A DNA stretch of 58,308 nucleotides, counting the filler, from Dirinaria sp. TL-2023a (lineage: Eukaryota): NCBI GenBank assembly GCA_051941275.1. It is 4 parts of 4 records of this genome, joined end to end, with 100 filler letters (N's around TTAATTAATTAA, not from the genome) between each part and the next. Parts side by side here need not be neighbours in the genome. Positions count along the whole stretch, not along the records: positions 1 to 14,540 come from JAVEBF010000599.1; positions 14,641 to 29,131 come from JAVEBF010000601.1; 2 more parts are not named here. One strand, given 5' to 3'. The notes below the pieces were generated by a model that saw only the letters and a list, made by a program, of their open reading frames with translations, did not search any database and was not told the DNA's origin. The translations under genes were made by a program, and so were the position numbers. Numbering within the stretch: the stretch's first letter is position 1; every line of letters begins with the position of its first letter. Positions 12,618-26,117 of the stretch are shown one piece after another.

Positions 12618-13366
12618 CACCCTTACGAGTCAAGTACTGACCTGAAATACCCTGGTTAACCAATAACCATCCACGGCTTCAAAAGTTCGCAACAAGCGGC
12701 AAAGCAACGATTTCGACGTATGTATAGCTCAATAATTTCGATACGATTGACCGCGTTTCTGCGATTTGTTGGGATCAATAGTTCCCGAGGACTCACAGCT
12801 GCGGTGTACGGCGAGGGATTGGATCCCGAAGGAAAATGACTTTGAGTAGTGTCCATGATTATTATCCTCATGGATTTGTCGTTCCAAAAGCCATAACTCA
12901 CTTCAGGGTTTCTCTCCTCATATATTGCTGCCTGTGGAGGATTTGGAGGTACGCCAAGCCCAGCCTCCCCTTCTCCAATTACATATTATCTCAATCCAGC
13001 ATTTCTAGCAAGCAGCAGAGTTCTATCATGCTTCTAACGTCACGAGGTTAACACATGAAATTCCAGGCTTCTTCAGGATACGTGAATTATTCATCTCGGC
13101 CACCGCTTCTGCAAGCCACTGGTCTTTGGCTGCATGACAATGTTCGGTCCTGATCATCCGCATCCCTCTGGCACTTCAATACACAGAAAGCCACACCGCA
13201 CATCAAGATCCATAATTATTATGGAAGCAACAGGCAGCACTTTTCAGACTTTGTCTGCCGGGTCGCCGATATACATATTAATAAAATCTCTCTACTCATC
13301 AGACCGGCATCTCCTCTGCTCTCTCCAAAACACTGACGTGATCAATTGCGTCGCGGCATGTGCACA

Positions 13367-14202
13367 ATGCCGCCTAAAAACCCCCTTCACATCGGTTTCC
13401 TGGTTCTACCCACCGTCCAAATCCTGGATATCTCCCCCGTCGACCTCTTCAGCATGCTAACCCCGTCCTACCTCTCTGCCTGTCCTCTCCCACAGGTTCT
13501 ACGCAACGGGGCCATCCCCATCAACATTACCTACATATCTCCCCTCCCCTCCGGTGCCCTCACCCCATGTACCGCAGGCGCCAGCCTCCATATTGATGCG
13601 GGCTTATCCTCGCCGGATGTCGCGCCCGGAAAACTGGAAATACTAATGGTTCCTGGACCGGAACCGAAGGCCGAGACGTCCGACGAGGTGAAGATTTTTA
13701 TCAAGCGCCATGTAGACGAAGGGGCAGTCACGCTCATGACAGTCTGTCTGGGTTGTATCCCCGTGGCCCGAGCAGGGATTTTCAAGGGTAAAAAAGCAAC
13801 CGGGCCCAGAGGACTGTTGGGGGTCTGGGGAAAGGAGTTTCCGGATACGCAGTGGATGGACAGGAGGTGGGTTCGGGATGGGAGGATCTGGAGTAGTGGT
13901 ATCATCCTATTCCCTTACTTTCTCCCTTTATGTCTTCACTTGTCTCTACGGTCAATGGAAAGAGGTAATGAGTAGGCCATGAACGCTGATGATGGAAAGT
14001 AGGCGGCATCACGAATGGCCAGGACATGGTCGCTGCTTATCTGCGAGAGAGATGGCCCGGTCCGACGACCGAGGCGGTATTGGCTATGGCGGACGTCGGG
14101 GATCGCGGTGCGGAGTATAGCAGTGGAAAAGCGGCAGATGGGGTTTGGTGGCTTTGGCAGATATTCAGGGGATGGGTTTTCGGTAAGATAAGGACTGACT
14201 GA
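13367..14202 (+). CDS. DJ-1/PfpI (ThiJ) family protein, 2 exons (intron about 13899-14002)
   Basis: HIGFLVLPTVQILD, LMVPGP, nucleophile elbow TVCLG, KKATGPR, RWVRDGRIWSSG/GITNGQDMVAAYL. Confidence 0.9.
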
Positions 14203-14499
14203 TCAAGAATGTGGAGATGATTTTCCTTCGCGGAATTTGTCAGGCTGTTCTTTTCATTTTTGGACGCAGATCATTTACAAGTCTTGCTAAATGATTTTCT
14301 AGTGAGTTGTCGATAGGAGACTAAAGAGACCTTCTTTTTCCTTGAAGTATCTTTAGTTCAGTTCAAGCGTCTGCCAAGCATTGAGGCCAACAACATCGTC
14401 GTGTGGGAAGGAAGATATGGCGGAACTTATCAAGGTAACACCTAGGTACATAACGATAAAACAAGTCTATAAACACGGAAGGGAATCATCATTCAAACC

Positions 14500-14530
<31 letters not shown>

Positions 14531-14540
14531 AGCCGCTGAC

Positions 14541-14640
14541 NNNNNNNNNNNNNNNNNNNNNNNNNNNNNNNNNNNNNNNNNNNNTTAATTAATTAANNNN
14601 NNNNNNNNNNNNNNNNNNNNNNNNNNNNNNNNNNNNNNNN
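14541..14640. other. Artificial contig linker (N-run, TTAATTAATTAA six-frame stop, N-run)
   Basis: An identical 100-nt structure occurs three times in the window. Confidence 0.98.
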
Positions 14641-14710
14641 GGAAGAGAGAATAAACTTTGAAAATTTTCTGAGATAAATGATACAACTAACAAGATCAGA
14701 TCGAGCAACC

Positions 14711-15095
14711 AATAATGTCAACACGCAGAAGACATCTGATATAATATTCGCCACATAAACCCAGGTAAGGGTAGTCATGAACTACAGCGTACAGAAAACC
14801 TAATCACCAAAAAGACAAAAGACAAAAGGCAGCCAAAAGAAGAACAATGTTCATCATTGAATCGAATGAAGATAAAAAATAACACGGGAATTGATATACA
14901 AGAAACGAGGTTTTAATTTCCTTGGGATGAATGATAAAAAATGCAATCAATTAACTATGAAACAAAGAGTAGACTGAGGAAACAATGTCAACGCGCAGGA
15001 GGCATATGAGATGAGATGAGAATAAGTTAAGGATGAAGTAGTCATGGACTATAGAAACCCAATTACCTAGAACGTAAAAGGCAACCGAAAGAGAG
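14711..15095 (+). repeat. Degenerate direct repeat (about 14711-14840 and 14981-15095)
   Basis: aatgtcaacacgcagaagacat...gtagtcatgaacta...aaaaggcagccaaaaga vs aatgtcaacgcgcaggaggcat...gtagtcatggacta...aaaaggcaaccgaaaga. Confidence 0.7.
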
Positions 15096-15533
15096 AGAGA
15101 AAAAAAACCAGGTATGTTTTTGTCTTTTTTCTTTTCTTCATGCAGTGTGATCTAAGGGTAAGGTAAAGTAAACTCATTTCATCTATGTACAGTCATTACG
15201 ATAAGGCACCTACTTCAGTAGAAAGGTGCACTCTCTTTCTGTACGTCATCGAATTTTTTTTGGGTCGGTCTATTTCCGCCTTCATTTCTTGTGTCTCTCT
15301 CCTTCAACACGGTTTTCAGACCTTGGAAATGAATACCCCTTGCAGACACTGCTTTTTTTGTTTTGTTTTTGCTTAAAAAAGGGGCCGGGGGTTTTTGAAC
15401 TTTCCATGTCATAGCTTTATCTCAAGTATACGCACCCATGCCTTTGCTTTGTTATTCCCATCCGGGTGTATTTTTTCAAGGACCAACCCATTGGTGACTG
15501 ATTATCATCGATCGATCGTTAGAGAGCCACCGC

Positions 15534-18500
15534 TTATTCATCGTCCTCCCTGGGAGCCAGAACGTGAAGGATAGGGGCCTCGACTTCGTCATCCATGTCT
15601 GGAATGATGATATCACCTTCAGGCGTGGTGCGACCTTCAGGCGTGCCCAGAAACCCAGTCGTAGTTCCTTCGTCGCTCAGAAACTGCATATTGTGCCGTT
15701 TGTCATCTTCGTCCGGCGACTCCGACTTCGCGACTCGCATACTGCTCGGTGACGATTTGTCTCCTTCGAACAGATCCTCGTCGCTGGCTGGCGGCAATGC
15801 AGTGGTCTGGGTCAAAGGTCGATGACCATAGTCCGAAGTATATCCATGACTATTTTCAAAAGACCAATTCGGAGTATTGTGAAACGACTGCAATGTATTT
15901 TCCTCAAACAATTGCTCACCCATTCCAATACCCTCATCTTCTTCCATGTCCATGTTTTCAAAAGGCGCTTGCTCTGGGCCATACGCTGGCAAGTCGTCGT
16001 CAACCCCGGTCCTCTGAGTTGTTCTTATGAGCCCACCACCTCCCGCTTGGTGAGCTGCTCCGACTTCTTGAAAAGCGCTCGACGATCCAATGCGGGAGGA
16101 GTCGTCGAGACGCTGGCCTTCCCCCGACGGGGATACGGTGCGAGAGGATAATTGTGAAGCGGGCCCGCTCTCGGTGCCGGTCAGAAGTCGCTCAAAGAAT
16201 GGCCCGCCTAAAGGGCCAGACGAGCGACGCCGATAGAAGAGGAGATATGCTGCTGAGGTTACTACTCGCTGGGGGTCGTTGCGTCGACTAGCCTGTGTAT
16301 CTGGTATCTGTCAGAGACGATCATGTGCAGCCATCTACAATTTCCTGCTTACCATTGTACTCGTACCAAGTGTCGTCATAGAAATTCTTAGCAAATGCAG
16401 TGTAGTGGCCTCCACCTAGTCCACCATAATGATTGTCCACTGCAAACAGATCGTAGATCGAGCTCTTGCCTTCGTCTTGAATAGACACTCTCGATGACAG
16501 ATCCAAGCCTTCAACAGGGAAGTCGACATGCACATCCAGCTTATCCCTTAGCCGACCTTGAGTGCTAAACCGTTTTAGATGTATGACCAACACATCGGGC
16601 GCTTTCCAGAGCTCGAAAGTTTTGGTTGCGAGGCGGTGCTCTTTACACCGTGGGCAATACCATGCATCGTTCTCGGAAAGTGTCTCGGGTTTGCCAAATT
16701 CGTCGAGGCAGTCATCCAGGGTAATTCCGTACTTCTTCCTAGACTCTCGTACTTTTCTTCTCTGGTCTCGCTCTGGATCAGGCAGTACTGGCAAGTCTTC
16801 CCAGGTGGGCAATCCTCGTTGTTCCTCTTTATCCCCTGCTATACCACCAAATATTGCATCCCATGACTCCGGTGTCCAGTCAAGGATGAGTGCTTCTCCA
16901 GCGTTGATCAAAGGACCGTTAGCGGCAGCTTTGTCAGGGTTTTGGCTCCCGATCAAGCGGTTTCCTTTCCGTGAATACGTGATCAGCCCCTGATTCTTAG
17001 AATTCGCTCCTTTGTTGAACCTACTGATACCATTCTGATTTGGCCTGGTCAACTGCTCTATTGGGGGCAACCCCTCTGACTCGCTGCCCGAATCCTGTAC
17101 TAGAGATGGCTCGGATGGCATTTGAGCGTCTTCGTCACTCGACGGTGGGCTATCGCGGCGCGAGAGCCGCTTGTGAAGTTTCTCCCTCGCGGTCAGTTTC
17201 TTCTCGGGTTTCTCCGGTTGATGCCTCTCTCGGAGGGTTGGAAAGTCTTTACTCTCATCCTGGATTATGTTGAAACCTGTAGGGATTCGTCCACCTTCTG
17301 CACTGAAGACTTTGATTTCGAATAGTCTTTGTACCTCTGGCGTAATGAATGCACCGGCTTTCAACATAGGTGCCGAAGGCTTTGCGTTGGGCGGTACAGT
17401 AGACATTGACGTGTTACCTCCGTTTTGCGATTCATCCCGAGCTTCACGCATAGAGATATCGACTACATCGTCTTCGCTCTCGACAGAATTGGTATGCACT
17501 TTTGACTCTGATGACGAATCAGCGTCTTCCGTGTTCATGACAACCATGTCGGAGTCTGCCTCAGAATCGCCACTTTCACGCAGGAAGTCCCGTGTGGTAA
17601 GATTCTCAAGCCCACCGAGAACCTTCCGAAGAATTTCGTCATAATCTTGCGCTTCTTCCGGCGTGACGGCAATGAGGAACGGCCAGTCGGTGATACTGTA
17701 TTGTTTTGATCTGGTGAAGTTTGTGTGCCTAGGGACACGGTTGAAGACTGCCACGAGCTGAATATCATCTGTAGGATCATCCGAAGGCTCCTGCTCCACT
17801 TGACCACCGCCAAACATCAGTGGCTTCTTCTTCTTTGGTGGAACAGCAAAATCATTGAGCGGACACTCCAGCTCGTAGATCGCTATGCTATCAGTATCTT
17901 GAATTCGCTCTTCGCCGATGGTAACTCCATCGTTGAACAACTTGTAGAATTTTGACTTGTAGACCTCAAGCACGACCATGTTCTTCGCTTCCGCTCCGAC
18001 TCTCTTGGCAACGTATTCCTTAAGTCCCATGATAGTCGAATTCTTGTCGATATCAACTTGTAATAAAAGGGGTGTCGACCGCAGAGGAAAGAACAGAACG
18101 GGATGACTCCAGACATTCTCGATTGGTAATTGTAGTGTAAGGTTGTTGAACGGGTCGAATATGATGCTGACCTTGTTGCAGGCAGGGCAAACGACTGTTG
18201 ATTTGTACATTCCTGCAAAGAGGTCTGTGACGACCGAGTCGTTTCTGGCTTTGTAAATCTCCCAGCAGCGCTCTGCCATGCCCCGTAAGGCCACTGGATC
18301 GTTGACCATTGCGTCGGTGGAGTCAGGCTTCTCTATGTATGGTTTCTTCCTTATTCTGTTAAGATCCTCTTGCAACCCGTCAAGTAGGAACAACAGGAAC
18401 TCCTGTGAGTCTTGTTGTCCATACCCCGAAAATGCCTGACCGTGCCGCGCGATAACGTTTTTAAAGCCTCGGGGTGTGAACGAAGTTGTGGCAGCATCAC

Positions 18501-20636
18501 CGTACATCTCACCAAGAAGATTTGCGTATGCCTTTGCTACAGCACCGTGATGACCTAATGGATTGTCCGTGTTCAACTCCGCCTTGTATTTACCCGCTGA
18601 CAACACATTAGCTTATGTAAAACTCGGTACATACCTCAAAACTTACCGAGGAAATACTGAGTTAGTTCCTCAACACTACGTATGCACTGAAGAGCCGAAT
18701 TCATGTAGCATGTGTTGCCTAGGTTGCCCAAACCAATAGTGCCACGAGTTTTGCCAGCCTTCTGCGAACGCCCACGGGTCATCATTCCAGTTGTGGGTGC
18801 TGGACTCGTCCTTCCACTGTTGATGTTGGTCTTAGGCTTGAGTGAATCCTTGACTGTGGTAGAGCCACCTTTAGTCAAGCTGATGGCAATTTGATTGGGC
18901 TGATGTTGCCTGCCAACGTTCTCGGAGACCCATTCACCGCCGGCAGGCCCTTGAATTTGTTCCTCGAGCACTAAGACGTCATCACCCCGGAGTCCCACGA
19001 CGTCCATTGTCGAGTGTCCGTTGTACTTGTCGTTGGAGGTCTCATCTTTGACTTCTAAGCTCTCTCGCTGAGAACCTAGGTCAAGGTTTGCAAACGTATT
19101 CACGTCTATCACCAGACTCTGGCCTGCGTCTACCACAGGCATAGTCCCAGGAGCGGGAGAGCTGCTGCGGGATTGTGCTGGAGTAAGTATGCCAGACTTT
19201 GCGCTGTCTCCAAGACCCCCATGAACCTTCCATATGCGAACTTTTATCTTAAGATCAATCGCCACCAGTTTTTTTAGACGCTTAAGGAAATCCTGAAACC
19301 GGTCGTGTCGGCTGGCGAGGATTTTGACAGGCCTTTTAGACTGTTCCTTGGCGAGTTTTGCACCATAGCTGTCGGCGCTTTTGTCTGGCAATTTCAGAAT
19401 GGTAAAAATTGGCGGGTAGATTTCGTATTGCATATTTGGATGGTCATCGTCAGGGCTTGTATTGTGACAATAACGCACGATGGTAGCAGATCCTTTGGCT
19501 AGACCATACCATTGAATTATCAGATCCCAAGCATCTTGAGGCACTACTTGATAATCCTCCCCCATCGCCAGGTTAGGACGCAGGGGAATATAATTATCTC
19601 CTTTCTCGTCTTTCAGGCCGCTGAGTGTTGGATCCATTACCATGTAAAGGCCTGAATTGTCGACGGGCCCAACAGGGCCTTCCATGGCTTCTTTACTATA
19701 TTTTTTGGCCTCGTCAGGATCCGATCCTCGAGAAAGAACCCTGGCAAGCCATTTGGTAGAAATAACGAAGCCTTTCTGTCCCTCTTGTAGTTCTCTGTTG
19801 CACATATTCGTAACTTTTCGTATCTGTTCGTCGATCGGGGGTGGATCAGGTGCAGTTGTGCTGGAGACGGAGGAGACACCAGAACCCTCCCGTAACCCAG
19901 AGCTGGAGTCTGTAGCTGATGTCCCACTTTCTGGAGTCTGGTAGGCGCCATCTAAAAGCGAAGTTGCTCTATTCTCTGGCACAGTAGGCAAATGGCCAGT
20001 CTCAGCAGAGGAGTCATGTTCACCAGCAAGCATATCCACAGACACCTCCCTCTTGTGCCGGCTACCGTTCCCCTGCGATTTCCGTCTGGGAAGCAAAGCG
20101 GATTCCACAGTTTCCGCAGTCGAGGTTGAGTGTACTATCCCACCTCCCATGTCAAGCGGCCTCTCGGCATTGTTGTCCGTTGAGTCGTCCATGTCGGATG
20201 CCACTCTCTTGGTGCCAGGGGAGGAAGGCCGATCTGACCAGCTCTTGCCACCTAATCTATCTTTGCTTGCCAAGGACTCTCGCCGACAGATTGTGCCACG
20301 GCCTTCTATGCTGGATGTATCTCCACTGCTTTCAGTGTCGATTGCGAGGCCTGCGTAAGCCGCCAAGGGCGAACTGGCGCCAGTGTGGGCGGTCTCAGGA
20401 GTCGGGGAGCGGCCCTTACGAGAATCTTCTAGAATGAGATGCTGAGGGATGAATCGAGGTGGCGAAGATTGAGGATTCGAAGATTGGTCAGGTAGGGAGA
20501 GGTGTGGGGGTGAGGGTGCAGGCTGCGTTGGCTGGCTTATGGGAGAGCCTGTACCATCGGATGCAGGTGGTGCTGACAGTGCTTGAGGGTCCCTTGATTC
20601 TCGCGGCGAGAGCCTACGTTTCTTGTGGGAAGACGT
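15534..20636 (-). CDS. UBP12: Ubiquitin carboxyl-terminal hydrolase Ubp12 (DUSP + USP/C19), introns about 18598-18645 and 16302-16351; start proposed at ACG 20636 (first in-frame ATG is 20192)
   Basis: DUSP (ISTKWL...GPVDNS...WDLIIQWYG), Cys box GLGNLGNTCYMNSALQC, QQDSQEFL, WYCPRCKEH, and His box YDLFAVDNHYGGLGGGHYTA. Confidence 0.93.
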
Positions 20637-21274
20637 GTTGACGGTGAAGGCCTTACTTCCCGAAGGAAATAAGGCTCGAGAGTAACGGATCGGTCGCGTC
20701 TTCAGCTCCTCAAACCTGCGTTAGAGACCCAATACAAAAAAGGCGATGGAGTGGTAGTGGCAGCAAAGATGCTGCTGTCCGAGCTGTGTACTGGAATCGT
20801 CACGGATGACGCGTTGGGGAAATCAAGAAATGTATCTTGTATGATCGACTGGCAGCCTCCGTACGTAATGCGGTTGCCTTTTTCGGTGATTTCAGAAGGT
20901 TTTCGCGATCAACACACACAACAACTGAAACAAAATCATACTGTGTCAGTAAGATCTTCGACTCTTGCACATACCCAATTTGCAAACAGTGAGAGCCTGC
21001 AGTGATCAAACAGAGAGGTCCTATTCACGAGAATCGCTGCCAGATCTTCTCTGATGCAAGGAAGTCATCACTGGCTGCCTACCACTCACCATATCAAGCT
21101 TTCAGTTCACCATGATCCATTTGAGCAAGATATCTTGGCTCAGCAATGCCCCGCTGCCTTGTGTTCTTACGAGTGAATGTTTGAACATGCTTCATTCAAT
21201 GTTGCGAGAGTCTACCCAGAAAATGCACGATCACACTCGTATCTAGATTCACGCTTCACCTCAAATGTCTGATC

Positions 21275-22340
21275 TTACAGTAACCAAGCAGCACCCACCA
21301 GACCGATACCTAACAGACCTGAAACATGCAAGGATCCTGCACCACCTGTTGACTTGGCTGTCGCTGCTCCCGTTCCACTGCCCCCGGCCTTCGCTGTTGT
21401 TTTCGAACCGTTCGACCCAACTCTAGCAGGCGCACTGGTAGCTGGCGTACTCGAGGGCTGTGCAGATACTGGAGTACTGGTGAAGTAATTGCTAACAGCG
21501 GTCTTGTTCCTCAGCAGATCGACACCGCCCGTCTCCGTCCCATACACAGCAGGGTGGGTCTGGGAGAAATTTGCAGCGAAGACATCCCAGTTCACAGTCG
21601 CCGTGGGTATAGCACAGTATGCAGAGGAAAGGTCCTTGACAAAGGCTGTAGGGACGAATTGGGCTCTTACTCCTGTCCGGTTGTTGGCCGAGGCGCCGTG
21701 CAGGCGGAGGCATTCGTCGCAGCTGGAAATCATCAATTCACGCTGCTTTCTACTTCAAAGGGATGGGTGCTCACGCTTCAACGTTCTCCCAAATTGCTGC
21801 CCCTGCACCTCCAGGACAAAGACACTTTTGCTGCGCCTGTGGGTTCGATTGTATCAACGAGCCGTCCGTGCCTTCTGAGGGTTGTTCTTCGGCTGTCAGG
21901 TTGTAGATACAAGTGTATGTAATGTTCAGAACTTCATTGCACGGATACCTCGTGTCGAAGCCCGGGGAGGCGGTATTTATAGCCCGAGTATCTGGAGCGC
22001 ACATGTTCCGCAGATATTGCGCTTGCGATACCTGTGCAGGAGATGCTTCGCCGCCAAAATCTCCACCGCTAGAAGATGTAGACTCATCCGCCGTTATTGT
22101 CTGTGTGGCTGAAGCTGCACCACTGGGTTGAGGGCCAGAAGGGAGTGTGTAACCCGTAGGATAGACCGAGGAATAGTAGCCATACTTGAACGACGTTTGC
22201 GTGAAGGACGGGACCGTAGGAAGCACAGCACTACTAGAGGATTGGCCCTCCTGTCGAGCGTGGAAGAATCCCGCGTCGGCGAATGGCGAAAGACAGGACA
22301 ATGTCACTGCAGCTGAGACGTATATGGAAGTGGTATACAT
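21275..22340 (-). CDS. Secreted, probably GPI-anchored Ser/Thr-rich protein with an Mcl1-like cysteine-rich domain, 2 exons (intron about 21723-21774)
   Basis: Signal peptide; Cys pattern CAP...PC...TC...QQKCLC...ACDECLRLHG...AYC resembling the N-terminal domain of Metarhizium Mcl1; C-terminal GGAGS plus hydrophobic tail; no collagen repeats. Confidence 0.8.
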
Positions 22341-23469
22341 GACGAATGCTTCGAATTCACGGTGCGATGGAGGGTATATGAATCACAGTAAGAGCATCGC
22401 AAGAAACAGAGGAAAGAGAAGCCTGTAGAGAAGGCGCAACAGAGTCCTAAAAGAGAGCAGAGAGAGACTCCTGACAACAAAGAAAGACTGGCGCAGAATA
22501 ATAATGGCAAAGCAGATAATCTCGTCGCTCTGGCCATGCTGCGCCACGTTGGGAAGTTCTCCACGCCATCTCGGCCTGACAAGTAGAGTAGCGGGCGAAG
22601 GTTTTAGGGAAACGAATTGATTCGACGAACCCGTAGGGCGTAGGCTTAACAAACATTAATATCAGATCCTTTTGGTGGAGATGAACGAAGGAGACAGCGT
22701 ATCGCTTAGCCGTCGTTCTGGCGCTACACGAAACCCCCTTTTTCCGCAGCGTCTTGTACTGGGTAGGCACTAGGCTGACGCTTCCGGACTGGACCGTTTG
22801 TTTTAGATCCCAGTCGGAAATTGGGCCTACAAATCCTAAAGGATCCATACCTTACCTTACAAGAGCGAGCACCAAGCTACAACAGAGAGCTATACAGAGT
22901 ATTATTATTGTAAAAATCGAGACCTTTTCAATTCGCCTACGCACCATGAAGACGCTCTATGATCACACTTGAAGCTCTTTCTGCCGCATCGTGCCAAGGT
23001 ATACGATTATATATGACCCAGATCTCGTAGATGCTGCATTAGGCTGCGAACAATTGGAAACCGCCGCAGCACAGTGCAAACACCAAATAATGTAGCACAA
23101 TTTTCGTTTGAGTGGATGCTTGGTTGAAGTAGACTATAGTAAAGTCTTTTCACAAATACAATTGGTATTAATATTGGAGGATGATGAGCACAGAAAAGAA
23201 TCACGCGAGCAGCTTAATAACCTGGAAGGTACCTTAAGGTTCTCATAATAAATATACATAAACCAAGCTAGATAAAACAGCGGAACCTCCCAAAGAAAAT
23301 TTTTTTTGCCAAAGGACCTCCCAGCGATGAGGCATGAATATCATCATACCCAAATCCGCCCTGTTGCCTCGTTCTTTGGCCCCCCCTCCTTGATGGGTAT
23401 CCAAAACATCACACTTCATGAAAATATATAGACGATGACAGTATATACAAGAAACTCCTGGGCTCCGCT

Positions 23470-25002
23470 TCAGAGACTGATCCACGCCAACGTCCCTAGC
23501 AAGCCGGACAGAACCCCCGCCGTTATGATTCCTGCTCCGGCTCTGTCCCCCATCGTGATGCTCCTCGTATCCACCTGGGGCAGGGGGTTGGACGAACTAC
23601 TGGGACCTCCTTGGTCTCCAGCAGACGGATCGCTTTTACTCGTACCTCCCTTGGCCATGCTCACCGGCCCTGCAACCTTTTGTATCAGGTTCGCCTGGAT
23701 GATTGCCAGGGCACTCATCTGCTCACCCACACCCTGGTTACCGTCCCAAGTGGTATTCATCCAGTGACGACCGCACATCGTGTTCCCTCTTGGCGCGCCA
23801 GAACACTGGCCCGCGGCGCCCATGGCCGAAGCTTTTAATTTCGGCAAGATAAAGTTGGTGGTGAAGGGGGCGAGTTGCATGGTTGCGGCCATCCATCGGG
23901 AGAGGTAAGCTTTGAAAGAGGGCTGATCGTAGTTGCAGGTGCCTTGGGGCTCGCAAGCGACTTCCTGCATAATGTCCCCACCGTACTGCTTTGGGAAGAA
24001 AACAGCAGAACCCTGAAGGATATCCTCGGTACGCTGGCGCCAAGTGGAGTTGCCATCGGTGTAGTTATACATATTTGCAGCGCCCATTAGCATGGTGCCC
24101 GCGTTGTATGTCCATTGGATTCTAGAAGTCTCTGGAAGCACGGTGCAGTTAGTTGCCATCTGAGTGCCGTCGTAGATGTAAAAGTTCTTGTCCATGAGCA
24201 CGGAATTGCTCATCCAATCCCAGGTCTTCTCGGCCCAGTCGGCGTAGGTAGCATTGTTGGTGTACCGCGCCAGGCGCGCGGCGAGCTGGAAGAAGCCACC
24301 GTTGGAAATACTATTTTTGTAGTTGTAGCCATTGTTCGTCAAGTAGATTTGCCATCGCAGACCGCCGCCACATTTAGTTGTGTCCCACCGCGCGGCTTGC
24401 TCGTTGAATACGGCTTGAGCGAGGCTGAGCCACGACGGCTGCTTCGGAGGAGGGTCGGGATAATTCAGTTCGGCGGCGGACAGAGCGGCAAAGCCCCAGA
24501 ATGCTTGGTCGTCATTCCCCTGTTCGCTGATTAGACAATCTCTTTGCCTGGGTGTCTGCTTGGTGGTGGACGCGAGTACGTACCTCTGTTTTCGTCTGGT
24601 TCGGCGGCATAAAATCGTTGTGAGGCCCGATCTGCGCCAACATACCTTGTGTGACGACGTCATTATAGGTGGTGTCTCCAGTATAGAACCAGTATTCAAT
24701 CATTTGTCCGAACATTGCTCCCGCCTCCCACCAATAGTATGGATCTGGTAGTAAACCTACGGGCATCCCTGTCTCGTTCCCGCTGTAGAAGGACATCATG
24801 CCGTCTGCGCATGTTCTTGCAGCTTGTTTGATAGAATCTGTATCAAAGATGTCCGTCAGCCTCCGACGCCTTCGATTGGACATGTTTGAGGCAACTTACT
24901 AGTCTGACTGAGGTCGAGAGGAATGGCATTAGCAATTTGCGCGCTGTACAGTAAGGTGGTTAATGCTCCCAGCACCTGGGCTGTCCGTAACGATGAATAC
25001 AT
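23470..25002 (-). CDS. DCW1: GH76 GPI-anchored alpha-1,6-mannanase/transglycosidase of Dcw1/Dfg5 type, 3 exons
   Basis: PYYWWEAGAMFG, EGNDDQAFWG catalytic Asp pair, CGGGLRWQI, YKNSISNG, DQPSFKAYLSRW, and a GPI tail (DRAGAGIITA). Confidence 0.93.
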
Positions 25003-26117
25003 GGCGAAGAATCGCAGAGAATACGAAAGGATGATTGTTAACGCTGCAAGTCTCGAGCAGAAGAGAAAATGCCGATTGGTCAGGTCGAAAGTGTGTCGCG
25101 TGCCCACGGAAAAATAGGTAATGCCATCGATATGTACAGGAAGAGAACTCTAAGCGGTTGGCGTATACCGTGTGCGATGTCGTTAGGTGAGCAAATTATC
25201 GTACATGGAGTCCTTTACAGGGCGATCAGGGTGAGAAGGTTCCAGCTGCCTTTCTGCTCGTGGTACGTTAGATGTCGACACCTTGCGCGCCAGTCCGCCT
25301 CTCAGCCTCAAAATAGCTGAGGCGGCGAAGTCAGGCGGAGGTGAAACACCGTGTGATGCGAATAATGTTCGAAGCGCCGGGGGGTCCGATGGATCAATAA
25401 TAATAAAGGTGATTAAATAGTAGACAAGTGGCGAAAAGAGGAAAAAGTAATGTTGGTATAATAAATGACAGTGTGAAGGAGGGTCTGAAGAGGAGGAGGT
25501 GGGTGTGGAAGGCGATGATCTCGCTCCCTTCCTTCTCTCACGGTGTGTCTGTCTCTCTTTCGCCATCTGTGTGTCCAGATTATTGGCCCTGAGGCCTCCC
25601 TCGGCTCTACCTTATTGGATTCCTCCATTTGGTCGAGGGACTTTGCAGGAACTAACAATTTAGCTTCCAGGCCGTGCCGAATCGTCGTCCGTCTCTCCTC
25701 GGACGCCAAGTCCACACACCACTACACCAGGCCGCCGCCAAGGCACAATTTCCGCCTTGGGGTTGGTGTATTACGTGATCGTCATGCGCCGTCCATTTTC
25801 TCCGGGCTGTCGCTCCCGCTTCTGGGTCTGGGGTACATACTGTATTTTGCCCTTGCATGACTGCCCGCTCGACCCTGGTACAGGAGAATTATACGCGAGG
25901 TAGAGCGTGGGTACTGGGTTGGGCGAAGAAAACAATCAACAACATATCAGGATCCCGCATGGAACGAGTACCTTAATTCGTCGTTGCTCCATGCATCCCT
26001 CAGGTATGTAATTACAGGCATAACGGGTATTTGGGTGTTGCGGGTAGGGGAAATGGGAATGCAACCTCTAAGATACCTAAGGTAAGGTAAGGTATGTGTG
26101 TAATTCGCCAGCCAACG

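Noticed and set aside
8079..14202. SDR, DJ-1 and secreted genes as a biosynthetic cluster
   Set aside because: No backbone enzyme, transporter or regulator on this contig; the DMATS lies on a different contig.
14585..14597. Palindromic TTAATTAATTAA motif repeated three times in the window
   Set aside because: Always centred in N-runs; an artificial six-frame-stop linker.
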